Source: Phycisphaerales bacterium
GTDB lineage: Bacteria > Planctomycetota > Phycisphaerae > WQYP01
DNA: 20,615 bases
Direction: 5' to 3'
NCBI GenBank assembly: GCA_027451365.1
Contig: DAIDJN010000055.1
Location: forward strand, 1-20,615
Shown: piece by piece, positions 1 to 9,217 of the stretch
Layout: every line of letters starts with the position of its first letter
Position numbering within the stretch: the first letter of the stretch is position 1
Notes under the pieces: model-generated
Told to the model about the DNA's origin: nothing
The model's input: the letters and a program-made list of their open reading frames with translations, nothing else
Database searches by the model: none
Program-made: the position numbers and the translations under genes

Positions 1-7
1 TGGGGGG

Positions 8-1201
8 TTAACGAGCGGAGTCCGGATGCTCGCTTTTATAAAGTTTCGGGCACCGGAATTGTCTGTGATGAGGCCTCTGATATGGGCGTTGTTCCCGCGC
101 GGGAGGCAAAGCCTCGCCTTCCAGAATCCGCAGCGCCCAGCCTAACGAGGCGGGTTTGTCCATTGGCGGCCCGCCATGATGACGACGATAAAACGAGCAA
201 TTATTGCAGGGTGCCGGAAAATCACCGGAAGGCACCGGTGCCCTGGAAAACAGTTGCCTGGCGCGCTGAACCGTCGGATGATTGTATGCTTCAAGTATAG
301 ACATATCATGAAGACTCGCATACTCGGCCACATTCTGATAGACCAGACATCGCGCGACCCGGGCATTTGAATTCAAAACCAGAGACCGCCAGAGGAAATA
401 ACAGGGCCAGTCATGCAACGGCTGGCCGGCCGGAGTGTCGGCACGCAGACCTGTGGTTTTCCAGTATTCCCGAAGCGTCGGATTAAATTCCATTCCGCGC
501 AGCGGCGCAAAGCGGATGAACAAGCCAAGTTTGCGGGCCAGATGTTTTGCCGCCGGTATTTCATGAACATTGTGTCCGTGAACCAGAAATTGCCATTCCA
601 CAAGTGTTCGCGACCCGGCTTTGCGTTTTTCTTCGGCGATACGCGTAAGGCCTTCGACAGCCTTTTCCCAGATACCATCAACACGGTACATGCCGTAAGT
701 TTCCTGACTCATGCCGTCTATGGCGCAGACCAGATGATCCAATCCGCAACTGACCACTTCGCGGGCAATCTGGGGCGTTATCAGCGTGCAATTGGTGCTT
801 ACGAGTGTAAAAATCCGCCGCCGGTGTGTCTTTTCAATAATTTGTCTTGTCAATGGCCAATCCAGCATAGGCTCGCCCTGCCCGAAAATCTGGCATTGGA
901 AAAGGTAGTCACCGATTTGCTCAAGTATCTTGTCGTAAAGGCCTGGTGTCAGCCTGCCCGCACTGTTTTTTCGGGCGTCAGGAAATATCTGTCTATCACA
1001 GAATGGGCACGCCAGATTGCAGTAATACAAGGGTTCCAGAAACAGGATATATGGCGCGGATTTCACATCCGCAATCCGGCGTCGGTAGGCATATTCAGTG
1101 CGCAGCGCATTGGCGATCTTTCGCGGTGTGGCATAGCGGAAAACGGAGCGGCCATAGACCTGCCACACCCGACCCGGATTACGAAAATTCAGAAGCCCCA
1201 T
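8..1201 (-). CDS. Radical SAM protein with C-terminal SPASM/Twitch-type auxiliary Fe-S domain (~397 aa)
   Basis: CxxxCxxC motif (YCNLACPFC), GEP motif (GQGEPML), C-terminal cysteines WPCYFLW...ARC...PCNNC. Start moved from TTG 1225 to ATG 1201, which follows a purine-rich GGAAAG. Confidence 0.9.
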   Translation of the reverse strand: MGLLNFRNPGRVWQVYGRSVFRYATPRKIANALRTEYAYRRRIADVKSAPYILFLEPLYYCNLACPFCDRQIFPDARKNSAGRLTPGLYDKILEQIGDYLFQCQIFGQGEPMLDWPLTRQIIEKTHRRRIFTLVSTNCTLITPQIAREVVSCGLDHLVCAIDGMSQETYGMYRVDGIWEKAVEGLTRIAEEKRKAGSRTLVEWQFLVHGHNVHEIPAAKHLARKLGLFIRFAPLRGMEFNPTLREYWKTTGLRADTPAGQPLHDWPCYFLWRSLVLNSNARVARCLVYQNVAEYASLHDMSILEAYNHPTVQRARQLFSRAPVPSGDFPAPCNNCSFYRRHHGGPPMDKPASLGWALRILEGEALPPAREQRPYQRPHHRQFRCPKLYKSEHPDSAR

Positions 1202-1604
1202 AGAATCTTTCCACTTTCTTTGCAATCAGCTTGCGCGGCCAAGCGGCGCGTTTTGCCGCGAAAACCAAGCGGTCGCTTAAATACATCCGAAGGTAACAAG
1301 CCGGTCCCACACCTGGATGGCGACTGTCAGCCGTTTATATCTTTATTCGTACGGCTAAGGTAACAGGCCACGCTCCGCAAAAAGCACTATATAGGGTGTT
1401 AAACACAAAAGCCAATCAATTGAATTTATAGCAGCCAGGGGAATCAGAGTGCACGCATGAAAAATCAAGAGAGCGTCGCTGGTCGCAGGCCGCCTGTGGC
1501 TTGGAAGCAGAGTTTGTATTTATGCAGGCGCGAACGAAAGTGTGAAGATCAGGCTGACGCGCCCCGGTCGTGCCATTCCGCGACGGACAATTTTTTAACA
1601 GGGT

Positions 1605-4600
1605 TTAAGGTGTCTGCACGAGGCCGCGCGGATGATAAAACGTCAGTCCCTGACGTCCTTTGGACAGATTCCAGATAATCTTTTGAGCCGCAGTGTTCAT
1701 TTTGCCATGTTGACCGGTCACCATGGCGTCGTGCCCGTTCAGGCCATAGGCTTTGGCGAGCTGGGTTTTGGCATCCAGCGAAAGCACATCCGCGACCAGT
1801 CGAATACCCAACAATTCCATCGCGGCATTTTGCGCCCGCACCAATGACAGCCTTGTGGGGCCCCCCAGACCAAGCTCGCTTCCACGGGGGGCGGTCGCGG
1901 CCTGACGCGCCAGCGTAGCCATCAGTTCGTGGCAATGCAAAATGACCAGGCCGGCATTGGCTCCGGTGGCCGGCGCAGTTTTGGACGGAGCATTCAGGCT
2001 GACGGGATTTTTCAAGGGCGACATCGGCCTGAATACCAGTTGCACGCCGCGATGCATCGATAAAATGCCTGTTTTAGCGCGATAGGTAAGCCGCTTTTTC
2101 CAGGCAAAAGCGCTTTGGCCGCGCTGCGAGGGGGTTCCGCCCGGCGTGGATTTTGCCGTGCGGTAATCCTCCAGCAGCATCTGACCGGCGACGGGAATGC
2201 TCAGCTTTTGCTTCACCGCATTGTAGGTCAGAAGATTTGACTTCAAATAAAGTCGCGTACGCAACAGGCCCGTCGGACTGTAACTGGCTTCACGGGCAAT
2301 AACCGGTTGGGACCGCGAACCGATGGCGTCAAGCTGCGCCATGTGCAGAGACGCGGACCGGCTGGTCTTATAGAACACTATATGTAAATGCGGGCAGCCA
2401 AGGGTGCTGCTGCGTTGCGGCTGGCCAATCAGCGTGGCCAGAACAGCTCCGGAAAAATCAGCCTGATGCGCATTCCCGTTAAAATTCATGCGGTCAGTCC
2501 AGGTAACACGCACATGGCTGGGCGTTGCCTTTCCGCCGGTGCCTTTGCTTTCCAAATCCAGAAATCCAGGTCCGTGAATCGACAGAGATTGATTCTTTCG
2601 ATTCATTTTAATTTCTTCCGCCGACAGGTCATCATTTCCCTGCCGAATTTCAGGCCATAACGCGGGCTTTACATCTGGCAGAACCGCCGCCAATGACGCA
2701 GTCCCTGTGACCCGGTTGCCGCGCAAGGTGTAAGCTGTCGCGACGATGGGCTTGCCCATGCCGGAAACAACCAGCTTAACGTGTTTCCAGGCTTGGAAGG
2801 TCGTGACCTGGTAACGACCTGAACCAAATGAATCGCTCGTGGCCGGCTTGACCGCCTTTCGCCCCGGCTCGGCAGATTGTAAATTCGCCACCAGGTGTTG
2901 CGCATAAAGCCTGTACACATCTGCATGGGTTGTGCCATTCTTTTTTGATTGATGGAACAGCAATTGAACCCGGCCGTCAGCCGTAAGGCGTTGCGGAGTG
3001 AACCGGCCGGTAATGGCGTTTTTGTGCGTAAAAAGCTGCAAATGCCGGCACGAAAGTTGATCGGGCAAAGTGGCCGGTGATGCCTGGTTCCGCACAAGAA
3101 CATCGCCGAGACCTGAAAAATATGACACCTGTTCCGCCCCGCCCGCCTTGGCGGCCTGCCGCAATTTTGCCAGCAAGGTCTGCGCGGAAATACGCAACAT
3201 GCGGCTGTGCAGCACTGCGTCGCCCTGTATCGTAACTTGCCGAAGAGAAAGTTTGGCCCCGTCAGCAGCATTTCCCGCCGCAAGAACGATGGCCAGCCTG
3301 CCCAGCCAATGACCTTTCCAGTGCCCGGTAATCCCGCCGGATGGCGCAAGGGCCGGCGGCCCTTTTTGGAGTTTCTTTTGATTCTGCCGCATGGCAAATT
3401 GGCCCGGGCCGATCAGGACCAGATGATGCGTAAGATTGTTCAGTGTGAGGCTGCGGCAGGTCAGGCTGCCGATTGTGGTATCCGTGAATTTGAGTGGTGA
3501 AAGGCCATGCGATTCCATGGTGAGCAACTGGGTTCCGGTTTGATATGTCAATTCTGCCGCGGTACCGGTTCTTTGTGGCCCATCATGCAGGATAACCGGC
3601 TTGCCCGGCCGGCCATACGCCGTCAGAATCGAATTATGGCTGGAAACCAGTTTGATTTCCGCGGCGTTAATGTCTGGTCGTACTGTCAGCGGGCCGGTCC
3701 AGTCCACCACCAGATCATCCGGACCGATGTGGTCCGCTTTCGGCCGGCGGGCGATGCCAAATTCCGGTCGGTTGGCGGTGCCGTGGCTCGACGGACTTGC
3801 GGTGGCTGGCTGTTGTTTTGCGGATGTGTTTCCACCAGCTCCGCCGCCTTGGGCAAACAGAAGCACCAGCCGATTGGCGGACATTGTGCGAATACCAAGC
3901 GATACATGCACATGTTTTCCAAACGTAAGTGTATACTGCTGGCCGATTGTGGCTACTGGCGGCGCCCCATGGCCGGGTACCGGGCGGGAAGCAGGCGGTG
4001 AAACGCCCGGCAGCGGAACGTGCGTTCCAGCCGCACCCGATTGCCGCATGGCGTGACGCAAAATGAGGCGCTGCCCCTGGCTTATGCGCAGATATTCAAG
4101 TGTTCTTTTTCTGACATTTATTTCCGCCGTAAGTTTTCGGCCGTTAAACCATAACGTGTCACCGCGAACGCGCACATCTCCGGCGCTGGTAATAAGCCCT
4201 TCCTGATAGTTGAAGTGGATGGCTTGTGAAAGTCGCATTTGAATCTGGCCCGGCCGACGGCCGGTTTGATCTGCTGTAAATGTGTTCAATGGGCCAAGTG
4301 TAATGGTTGGATGGCCAGTCAGAGATCCTTTTCGCGGATAAACATGGCCGGTAAACGGGCCGCCAGTCTGGTCCACAACCACGTCACCGGACTGACTGGC
4401 CACCAGAATCGTCTGGCCGCTGGCGGTGTAAAACTGCATCTGCGGACGGGTAAGTTTATACCGTCCGTTGCCTTCAGGCACGGCCTTCTTGGCACGCAGG
4501 ACATATTCAAGATCACCTTGTGCGTTACGCGTCTCAACCACCATGTTTAACATGCCGGTGCCTTTGGTCACGGCCAGGGGATGTAGGGTGTGAAGGTGGC

Positions 4601-4694
4601 GGACGGAATTGGGAAAAATCAATCCGCGCAGGCCAAAGCAGACGGCTAGAATCAGGCCCAGACTCAGCGCATAGATCAGGATTTTCTTTTGCAT
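1605..4694 (-). CDS. Very large LPS-export bridge-like protein: N-terminal TM anchor + LptC-like domain + multiple OstA/LptA-like beta-jellyroll segments (~1029 aa)
   Basis: N-terminal hydrophobic helix (ILIYALSLGLILAVCFGL); LptC-like segment GDLEYVLRAKKA...YKLTRPQMQFY...ASQSG; recurring beta-rich motifs such as LTYQTGTQLLTM, LTLNNLTHHLVLIGPG, MNFNGNAHQADFSGAV, AQKIIWNLSKG. Lies directly downstream of kdsD-kdsC, where lptC-lptA normally sit. Start taken at ATG 4694 (MQKK). Confidence 0.7.
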   Translation of the reverse strand: MQKKILIYALSLGLILAVCFGLRGLIFPNSVRHLHTLHPLAVTKGTGMLNMVVETRNAQGDLEYVLRAKKAVPEGNGRYKLTRPQMQFYTASGQTILVASQSGDVVVDQTGGPFTGHVYPRKGSLTGHPTITLGPLNTFTADQTGRRPGQIQMRLSQAIHFNYQEGLITSAGDVRVRGDTLWFNGRKLTAEINVRKRTLEYLRISQGQRLILRHAMRQSGAAGTHVPLPGVSPPASRPVPGHGAPPVATIGQQYTLTFGKHVHVSLGIRTMSANRLVLLFAQGGGAGGNTSAKQQPATASPSSHGTANRPEFGIARRPKADHIGPDDLVVDWTGPLTVRPDINAAEIKLVSSHNSILTAYGRPGKPVILHDGPQRTGTAAELTYQTGTQLLTMESHGLSPLKFTDTTIGSLTCRSLTLNNLTHHLVLIGPGQFAMRQNQKKLQKGPPALAPSGGITGHWKGHWLGRLAIVLAAGNAADGAKLSLRQVTIQGDAVLHSRMLRISAQTLLAKLRQAAKAGGAEQVSYFSGLGDVLVRNQASPATLPDQLSCRHLQLFTHKNAITGRFTPQRLTADGRVQLLFHQSKKNGTTHADVYRLYAQHLVANLQSAEPGRKAVKPATSDSFGSGRYQVTTFQAWKHVKLVVSGMGKPIVATAYTLRGNRVTGTASLAAVLPDVKPALWPEIRQGNDDLSAEEIKMNRKNQSLSIHGPGFLDLESKGTGGKATPSHVRVTWTDRMNFNGNAHQADFSGAVLATLIGQPQRSSTLGCPHLHIVFYKTSRSASLHMAQLDAIGSRSQPVIAREASYSPTGLLRTRLYLKSNLLTYNAVKQKLSIPVAGQMLLEDYRTAKSTPGGTPSQRGQSAFAWKKRLTYRAKTGILSMHRGVQLVFRPMSPLKNPVSLNAPSKTAPATGANAGLVILHCHELMATLARQAATAPRGSELGLGGPTRLSLVRAQNAAMELLGIRLVADVLSLDAKTQLAKAYGLNGHDAMVTGQHGKMNTAAQKIIWNLSKGRQGLTFYHPRGLVQTP

Positions 4695-4769
4695 GTACTC
4701 ACATTGTTTTCCGTGCCATTGGCTGGGCAATCCTCAATCGGAGCTTGGATGGCGCGAATCTGTTATCAA

Positions 4770-5315
4770 TCAGCCATAGCGGGCCAGAGCCTGCGGCCAC
4801 AGGTTCATTCCCTTGCACAGCCATTCCACCGCATCGCGCACGGCACCATAGCCGCCCGGATATTTTGTCACATAACGGGCTATTGCCCGCACTTCCTCGG
4901 CGGCGTCGGCCACGGCAATTGGACAGCCGCAGCGCCGCATGACAGGAAGGTCAGGCAGATCATCCCCAATATACGCGGTCTGTGCATCGGAATAACCGAG
5001 TTGCGTCAGCAGATCAGAATAAATTTCCGCCTTGTTGGAGACATTCTGATAGACGTATTGAATACCAAGCTCCTCCGCCCGATGCTGCACCACAAGACTT
5101 TCTTTCCCGGTAATAATGGCAACCTGGCGGTTCAGCCGCTTCCAAATTACCAAACCAGTTCCATCTCGCACATGAAATCGTTTGATCTGCTGGCCAGTAT
5201 CGTCCCGGATGATGCCGCCATCCGTCAACACGCCATCCACATCTAGAATAAGCAGTTGAATTTCCGGACTAATAGCCGGCGCGGGCTGGCCGCTTAGGGT
5301 TTCAAGTTCGTTCAT
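4770..5315 (-). CDS. kdsC: 3-deoxy-D-manno-octulosonate 8-phosphate phosphatase (HAD family, ~181 aa)
   Basis: DVDGVLTDG, FHVRDG, GDDLPD and GGYGAVRD motifs; AGGAG Shine-Dalgarno before ATG 5315; adjacent to kdsD. Confidence 0.95.
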   Translation of the reverse strand: MNELETLSGQPAPAISPEIQLLILDVDGVLTDGGIIRDDTGQQIKRFHVRDGTGLVIWKRLNRQVAIITGKESLVVQHRAEELGIQYVYQNVSNKAEIYSDLLTQLGYSDAQTAYIGDDLPDLPVMRRCGCPIAVADAAEEVRAIARYVTKYPGGYGAVRDAVEWLCKGMNLWPQALARYG

Positions 5316-5417
5316 AAGAAAACTCCTGCAATTTCGTTTCCACGTCGCCTGCTGACGGGATGCCGAATCATATTCGGTTTTCGCCATGCTGCAACGGCGG
5401 CGCGGCGTTCGACCGCG

Positions 5418-6485
5418 TTATTCCATTATGCGCAATGGGACAAGGTCCTGCACGTCAATAAGTCCGACCGGCTGCAATGTTTTATTTACAACCGGCAATT
5501 CGTCAATGCGATGCTGATTCAAAAGCGCGATTGCTTCGCTGGCCAGTGCGTCCGCCCGGATATGCCGCGGTTGGGGCGTCATGATTGTGCTTAAGGGTTT
5601 ATCCAGCAGCGCCGCATCGCGTACAATGCCCCGGCGCAGGTCCCCATCGGTGAAAATGCCCGCCAGCCGTCCGCGCGAATCCACCAGCACAATCGCCCCG
5701 GGCCGCCGACCGGTAGACCGGTCCTTCAGCAAGGCTTCCCGCAGCGTACGATTCATGTCCACCGCGATAAAATTTTCACCAGCGCGAAAGCCCATGACTT
5801 CGCTTACCTTAAGCAGTTTGCGGCCAAGCGATCCGGCCGGGTGAAAAGCGGCAAAATCTTCGGCGGAAAAATGCCGCAGGCTCATCACGCCCAGCACCAT
5901 TGCGTCGCCAATTGCGTTCATGCAGGCGATACTGGTGGTGGGTGCCAACTGCAGCGGGCAGGCCTCTTCAATTGGCCCCATTTCAATGCACAGGTCGGAC
6001 ATTTTCCCCAAACTGCTGGTCGCACGCGCGGTAATGGAAATAATCCGCACGCGCATGGATTTCAATTGATCACTCAATTGCAGCAGTTCGGCCGTTTCGC
6101 CGCCATGTGAAAGAAGTAACGCAATATCCTGCCGCCGCACGCGGCCAAGATCGCCATGCAACGCTTCAACCGGATGCAGAAAATGCGATGGCGTCCCTGT
6201 GCTGGCAAAACTGGCACTGATACGCTGGCCGGCCAGACCGGATTTTCCTAATCCGCTTATCACCAGTACGCCGGGCAGATCCGGACCTGTTTGCTGAAAA
6301 ATAGCCCGCATGGCTTCGGCAATGTTCAAATCCAGCCGGCTGGCAATAATTTGAAGCGATTCCGATTCAGACGCAATGATTTGCCGCGCCATAGCCAGAA
6401 GGTCGCCTTGGAAAGGGCTGGAATCTGCGGTCGTGGCGCGCCGGGTTGATTTAGAGGCTGCTTTGGGCTTGCGGGTGGTATTCAT
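5418..6485 (-). CDS. kdsD: D-arabinose 5-phosphate isomerase, KpsF/GutQ family (SIS + 2 CBS domains, ~355 aa)
   Basis: GLGKSG...ASTGTP..FLHPVEALHGDLG, LAPTTS, FHPAGSLG and CBS-pair motif GIFTDGDLRR. The track start at 6704 overlaps tag; ATG 6485 is preferred and 6392 is an alternative. Confidence 0.93.
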   Translation of the reverse strand: MNTTRKPKAASKSTRRATTADSSPFQGDLLAMARQIIASESESLQIIASRLDLNIAEAMRAIFQQTGPDLPGVLVISGLGKSGLAGQRISASFASTGTPSHFLHPVEALHGDLGRVRRQDIALLLSHGGETAELLQLSDQLKSMRVRIISITARATSSLGKMSDLCIEMGPIEEACPLQLAPTTSIACMNAIGDAMVLGVMSLRHFSAEDFAAFHPAGSLGRKLLKVSEVMGFRAGENFIAVDMNRTLREALLKDRSTGRRPGAIVLVDSRGRLAGIFTDGDLRRGIVRDAALLDKPLSTIMTPQPRHIRADALASEAIALLNQHRIDELPVVNKTLQPVGLIDVQDLVPLRIME

Positions 6486-6663
6486 AGACTGAAACGATAA
6501 ACGAAGCCGCCCTGAATCGCCAACGGTTGAAAGCGGTTTGCCAAACCGTTGGAGTGTCTCAATCGGCGGTGCGGCCATGCTCCTCGTCCCTGTTTCCAGT
6601 TTCTTCCGCGCCCGTCCGATATTTTTCACACCTAAGTTAGTAAGAAGTATATCCAAATTTTTA

Positions 6664-7266
6664 TCACTGTCGGGTATGACAAAAGCATCTGACAAGATGG
6701 TCATTCACCAAACCGGCCGCCTGCATAAACGCGTAACAAATGGTGGTTCCGACAAAGCCAAAGCCGCGGCTCTTCAAATCGCCGCTGAGTTGGTCTGATT
6801 CGCGGCTGCGGGAGGGAATTTCGCCGCTGCTTCGGCGATGATTTACAATCGGCTGACCATCCACAAACCGCCAGATATACGCATCAAATGATCCGAACTG
6901 TTCCTGAATTTTCAAAAATGCACGCGCGTTTTCTATCGCCCATTGAATTTTCAGCCGATTGCGGACAATGCCCGCATCGGTCATGAGCCGTTGAATGTCG
7001 CGTGCATTAAAGCGGGATACGCGGCAGGCATCAAATTGTGCAAAAGCGCGGCGATAGTTTTCCCTTTTTTTCAAAATGGTTTCCCAACTCAGCCCCGCTT
7101 GGGCGGCATCCAGCAGGATAAACTCAAACAGTTTTCGGTCCTCATGCAGCGGCACACCCCATTCCTGGTCATGGTAGGCGATGCTTAGCGCGGATTTCGG
7201 CCATGCACACCGCGGCCGGGCGTCTGGAGTTGCCACGGCATCTGCGGGACCAATTCGCGAAGTCAA
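6664..7266 (-). CDS. tag: DNA-3-methyladenine glycosylase I
   Basis: RCAW...YHDQEWGVP, QAGLSW, IVRNRLKI, FVGTTICYAFMQAAGLVNDHLVRC (Cys/His zinc ligands at both ends); GGAG precedes the TTG start at 7266. Confidence 0.95.
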   Translation of the reverse strand: MTSRIGPADAVATPDARPRCAWPKSALSIAYHDQEWGVPLHEDRKLFEFILLDAAQAGLSWETILKKRENYRRAFAQFDACRVSRFNARDIQRLMTDAGIVRNRLKIQWAIENARAFLKIQEQFGSFDAYIWRFVDGQPIVNHRRSSGEIPSRSRESDQLSGDLKSRGFGFVGTTICYAFMQAAGLVNDHLVRCFCHTRQ

Positions 7267-7745
7267 GGGTATCTCCGTCGCATGAGACTACGAAAGACTT
7301 TGATAACTGACCGCAGCTTGGCCTTCCATCGTCACGATCATAATAGTAATCGGGCAATCGCACGTCGGCAACGCGTTGCCCGGCTTCCCATCTTTCCGAT
7401 ACCCGCGTCCAATGTGCGGGCAATGACATAGAATGGGAAGTCCCAATCAGTATGCCATCCGGCCAATAACCACGCAGGCCCAATCATCGACCCAATGAGC
7501 ATTCGCGGCAAATCAGATGCCCGCGGTTCGGCCGTCCGCCCCTGTATGCGATTGCTCAGATCGATATCCTTTTTTTCCAACATTATTCTTGATTCTCGGC
7601 CTGGCTCGCTGTAGGATAAAATCGAGAGTTCTATATCCGATCACGGCGAATTTATCACTGCGTATTACTATGGTGGCTGATCAATTTGAATCACCATGGA
7701 TAATGCCTTCGGCTGATGGTCGAATTCCTGAAAATAGGAGAAACG

Positions 7746-8912
7746 ATGAGCGGTGTTCGGATTCTTGTCGGTAGCAAAAAAGGGGCCTTTATACTTACAT
7801 CGGATGGCAATCGGAACCGATGGCAAGTCAGCGGCCCTTATTTTGCGGGTTGGGAAATTTTCCACCTTAAAGGCTCGCCGGTCGATCCAAATCGAATATT
7901 CGCATCGCAAACCAGCAGTTGGTTCGGCCAGATTATTCAACGTTCGGATGACGGCGGCAGAACGTGGTGCCCGCCGGGCAGCAGTGCGACGGAACTTGTT
8001 CGCCCAGATGGGATGCCACAGGGCGAAAGCAATAAATTTGTATATTCCGGCGAAGTCGGCACCCACAAATGGTATGACGGTACCCAGCATCCTTGGGAAT
8101 TCAAACGCATCTGGCATTTGGAACCTTCGCTGTACGACCCCCAGGTGGTACTGGCTGGTGCGGAAGATGCCGCACTTTTTAAATCGGTCGATGGTGGGGC
8201 AAGCTGGCGCGAACTTCCCGGGCTGCGCCGTGCCAAGGGCCATCTTTGGCAACCCGGTGCCGGTGGTATGGCCGTGCATACCATTATTCAGAGTCCGCGC
8301 AATGACCGACGGATATTTGTTGCAATCTCCGCCGCTGGTGTTTTTCGGACGGATGATGCCGGGGATTCCTGGATTCCCGTAAACCGCGGCTTAAAAGCCA
8401 AATGGGAATTACCCGATCCGGACGCCGAGGTGGGACACTGCGTGCATCGCATTGCCATGCACCCGTCACGACCGGATGTTCTGTTCATGCAAAAGCACTG
8501 GGACGTGATGCGCACGGATGATGCCGGTGGACAGTGGCGGGAAATTAGTGGAAATCTGCCGTCCGATTTTGGATTTCCAATCGTGGTGCATGCCCATCAG
8601 CCCGAAACTGTTTTTGTGGTCCCCATTAAAAGCGATTCCGAGCATTTTCCTCCGGAAGGAAAGCTGCGCGTCTATCGCAGCCGTACCGGCGGAGATCAGT
8701 GGGAAGCATTGACTCAAGGTCTGCCGCAGCACGATTGCTACGTAAATGTGCTGCGCGGTGCAATGGCTGTGGATACCTTGGATCCATGCGGCGTCTATTT
8801 TGGTACGACTGGCGGGCAGGTGTACGGATCCGCCGACGGTGGCGATTCCTGGAAGCCGATCGTGCGCGATTTGCCGGCGGTTTTGTCGGTTGAGGTTCAG
8901 GTGCTGCCATGA
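7746..8912 (+). CDS. BNR/Asp-box repeat beta-propeller protein (sialidase-fold family, function unknown, ~388 aa)
   Basis: Six Asp-box motifs ([48 protein letters not shown]); no signal peptide; AGGAG before ATG 7746. Confidence 0.9.
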   Translation: MSGVRILVGSKKGAFILTSDGNRNRWQVSGPYFAGWEIFHLKGSPVDPNRIFASQTSSWFGQIIQRSDDGGRTWCPPGSSATELVRPDGMPQGESNKFVYSGEVGTHKWYDGTQHPWEFKRIWHLEPSLYDPQVVLAGAEDAALFKSVDGGASWRELPGLRRAKGHLWQPGAGGMAVHTIIQSPRNDRRIFVAISAAGVFRTDDAGDSWIPVNRGLKAKWELPDPDAEVGHCVHRIAMHPSRPDVLFMQKHWDVMRTDDAGGQWREISGNLPSDFGFPIVVHAHQPETVFVVPIKSDSEHFPPEGKLRVYRSRTGGDQWEALTQGLPQHDCYVNVLRGAMAVDTLDPCGVYFGTTGGQVYGSADGGDSWKPIVRDLPAVLSVEVQVLP

Positions 8913-9217
8913 TCCGCGTGCAATTGCCGTATCATCTTCGAAATCTGGCGAAGGTGCAGGGAGAAATAAATCTTGCAGTTGCGCCGCCCGTGACGCTGCA
9001 CGCCGTGCTGGATGCTCTTGAAGCAGCCTATCCCGTGCTCAAAGGGACCATTCGTGAACACGCCACATTGCATCGTCGGGCGTTTGTGAGATTTTTTGCC
9101 TGCAAAGAAGATATTTCCGATCAAGGCCCGCAGTTTCACCTGCCGCAGGCAATTGCCGATGGACACGAGCCATTGCTGATCGTCGGCGCACAGGCGGCGG
9201 ATAGCAAATGTATATAA
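8909..9217 (+). CDS. MoaD/ThiS family ubiquitin-fold protein; the canonical C-terminal Gly-Gly-stop is in the -1 frame
   Basis: [10 protein letters not shown]...[16 protein letters not shown]...LLIVGAQA beta-grasp pattern; ATGA overlap with the BNR gene stop; GGC GGA TAG at 9196-9204 is out of frame by one base. Confidence 0.85.
   Translation: MIRVQLPYHLRNLAKVQGEINLAVAPPVTLHAVLDALEAAYPVLKGTIREHATLHRRAFVRFFACKEDISDQGPQFHLPQAIADGHEPLLIVGAQAADSKCI

Noticed and set aside
413..1363. 316-aa plus-strand ORF, and similar long antisense ORFs (e.g. 4689-5246, 7668-8279, 17779-18360)
   Set aside because: They overlap well-supported genes on the opposite strand and have no motifs; typical shadows in GC-rich DNA.
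1385..1400. GCACTATATAGGGTGT resembling an NrdR box
   Set aside because: Mismatches in the core, single copy, and no ribonucleotide reductase gene nearby.
6486..6704. 73-aa N-terminal extension of KdsD in the ORF track
   Set aside because: Overlaps the tag 3' end and crosses AT-rich promoter-like DNA; not part of the SIS domain.
7169..7583. Short minus-strand ORFs upstream of tag (81 and 104 aa)
   Set aside because: No recognisable motif or RBS; they overlap each other and one overlaps tag.
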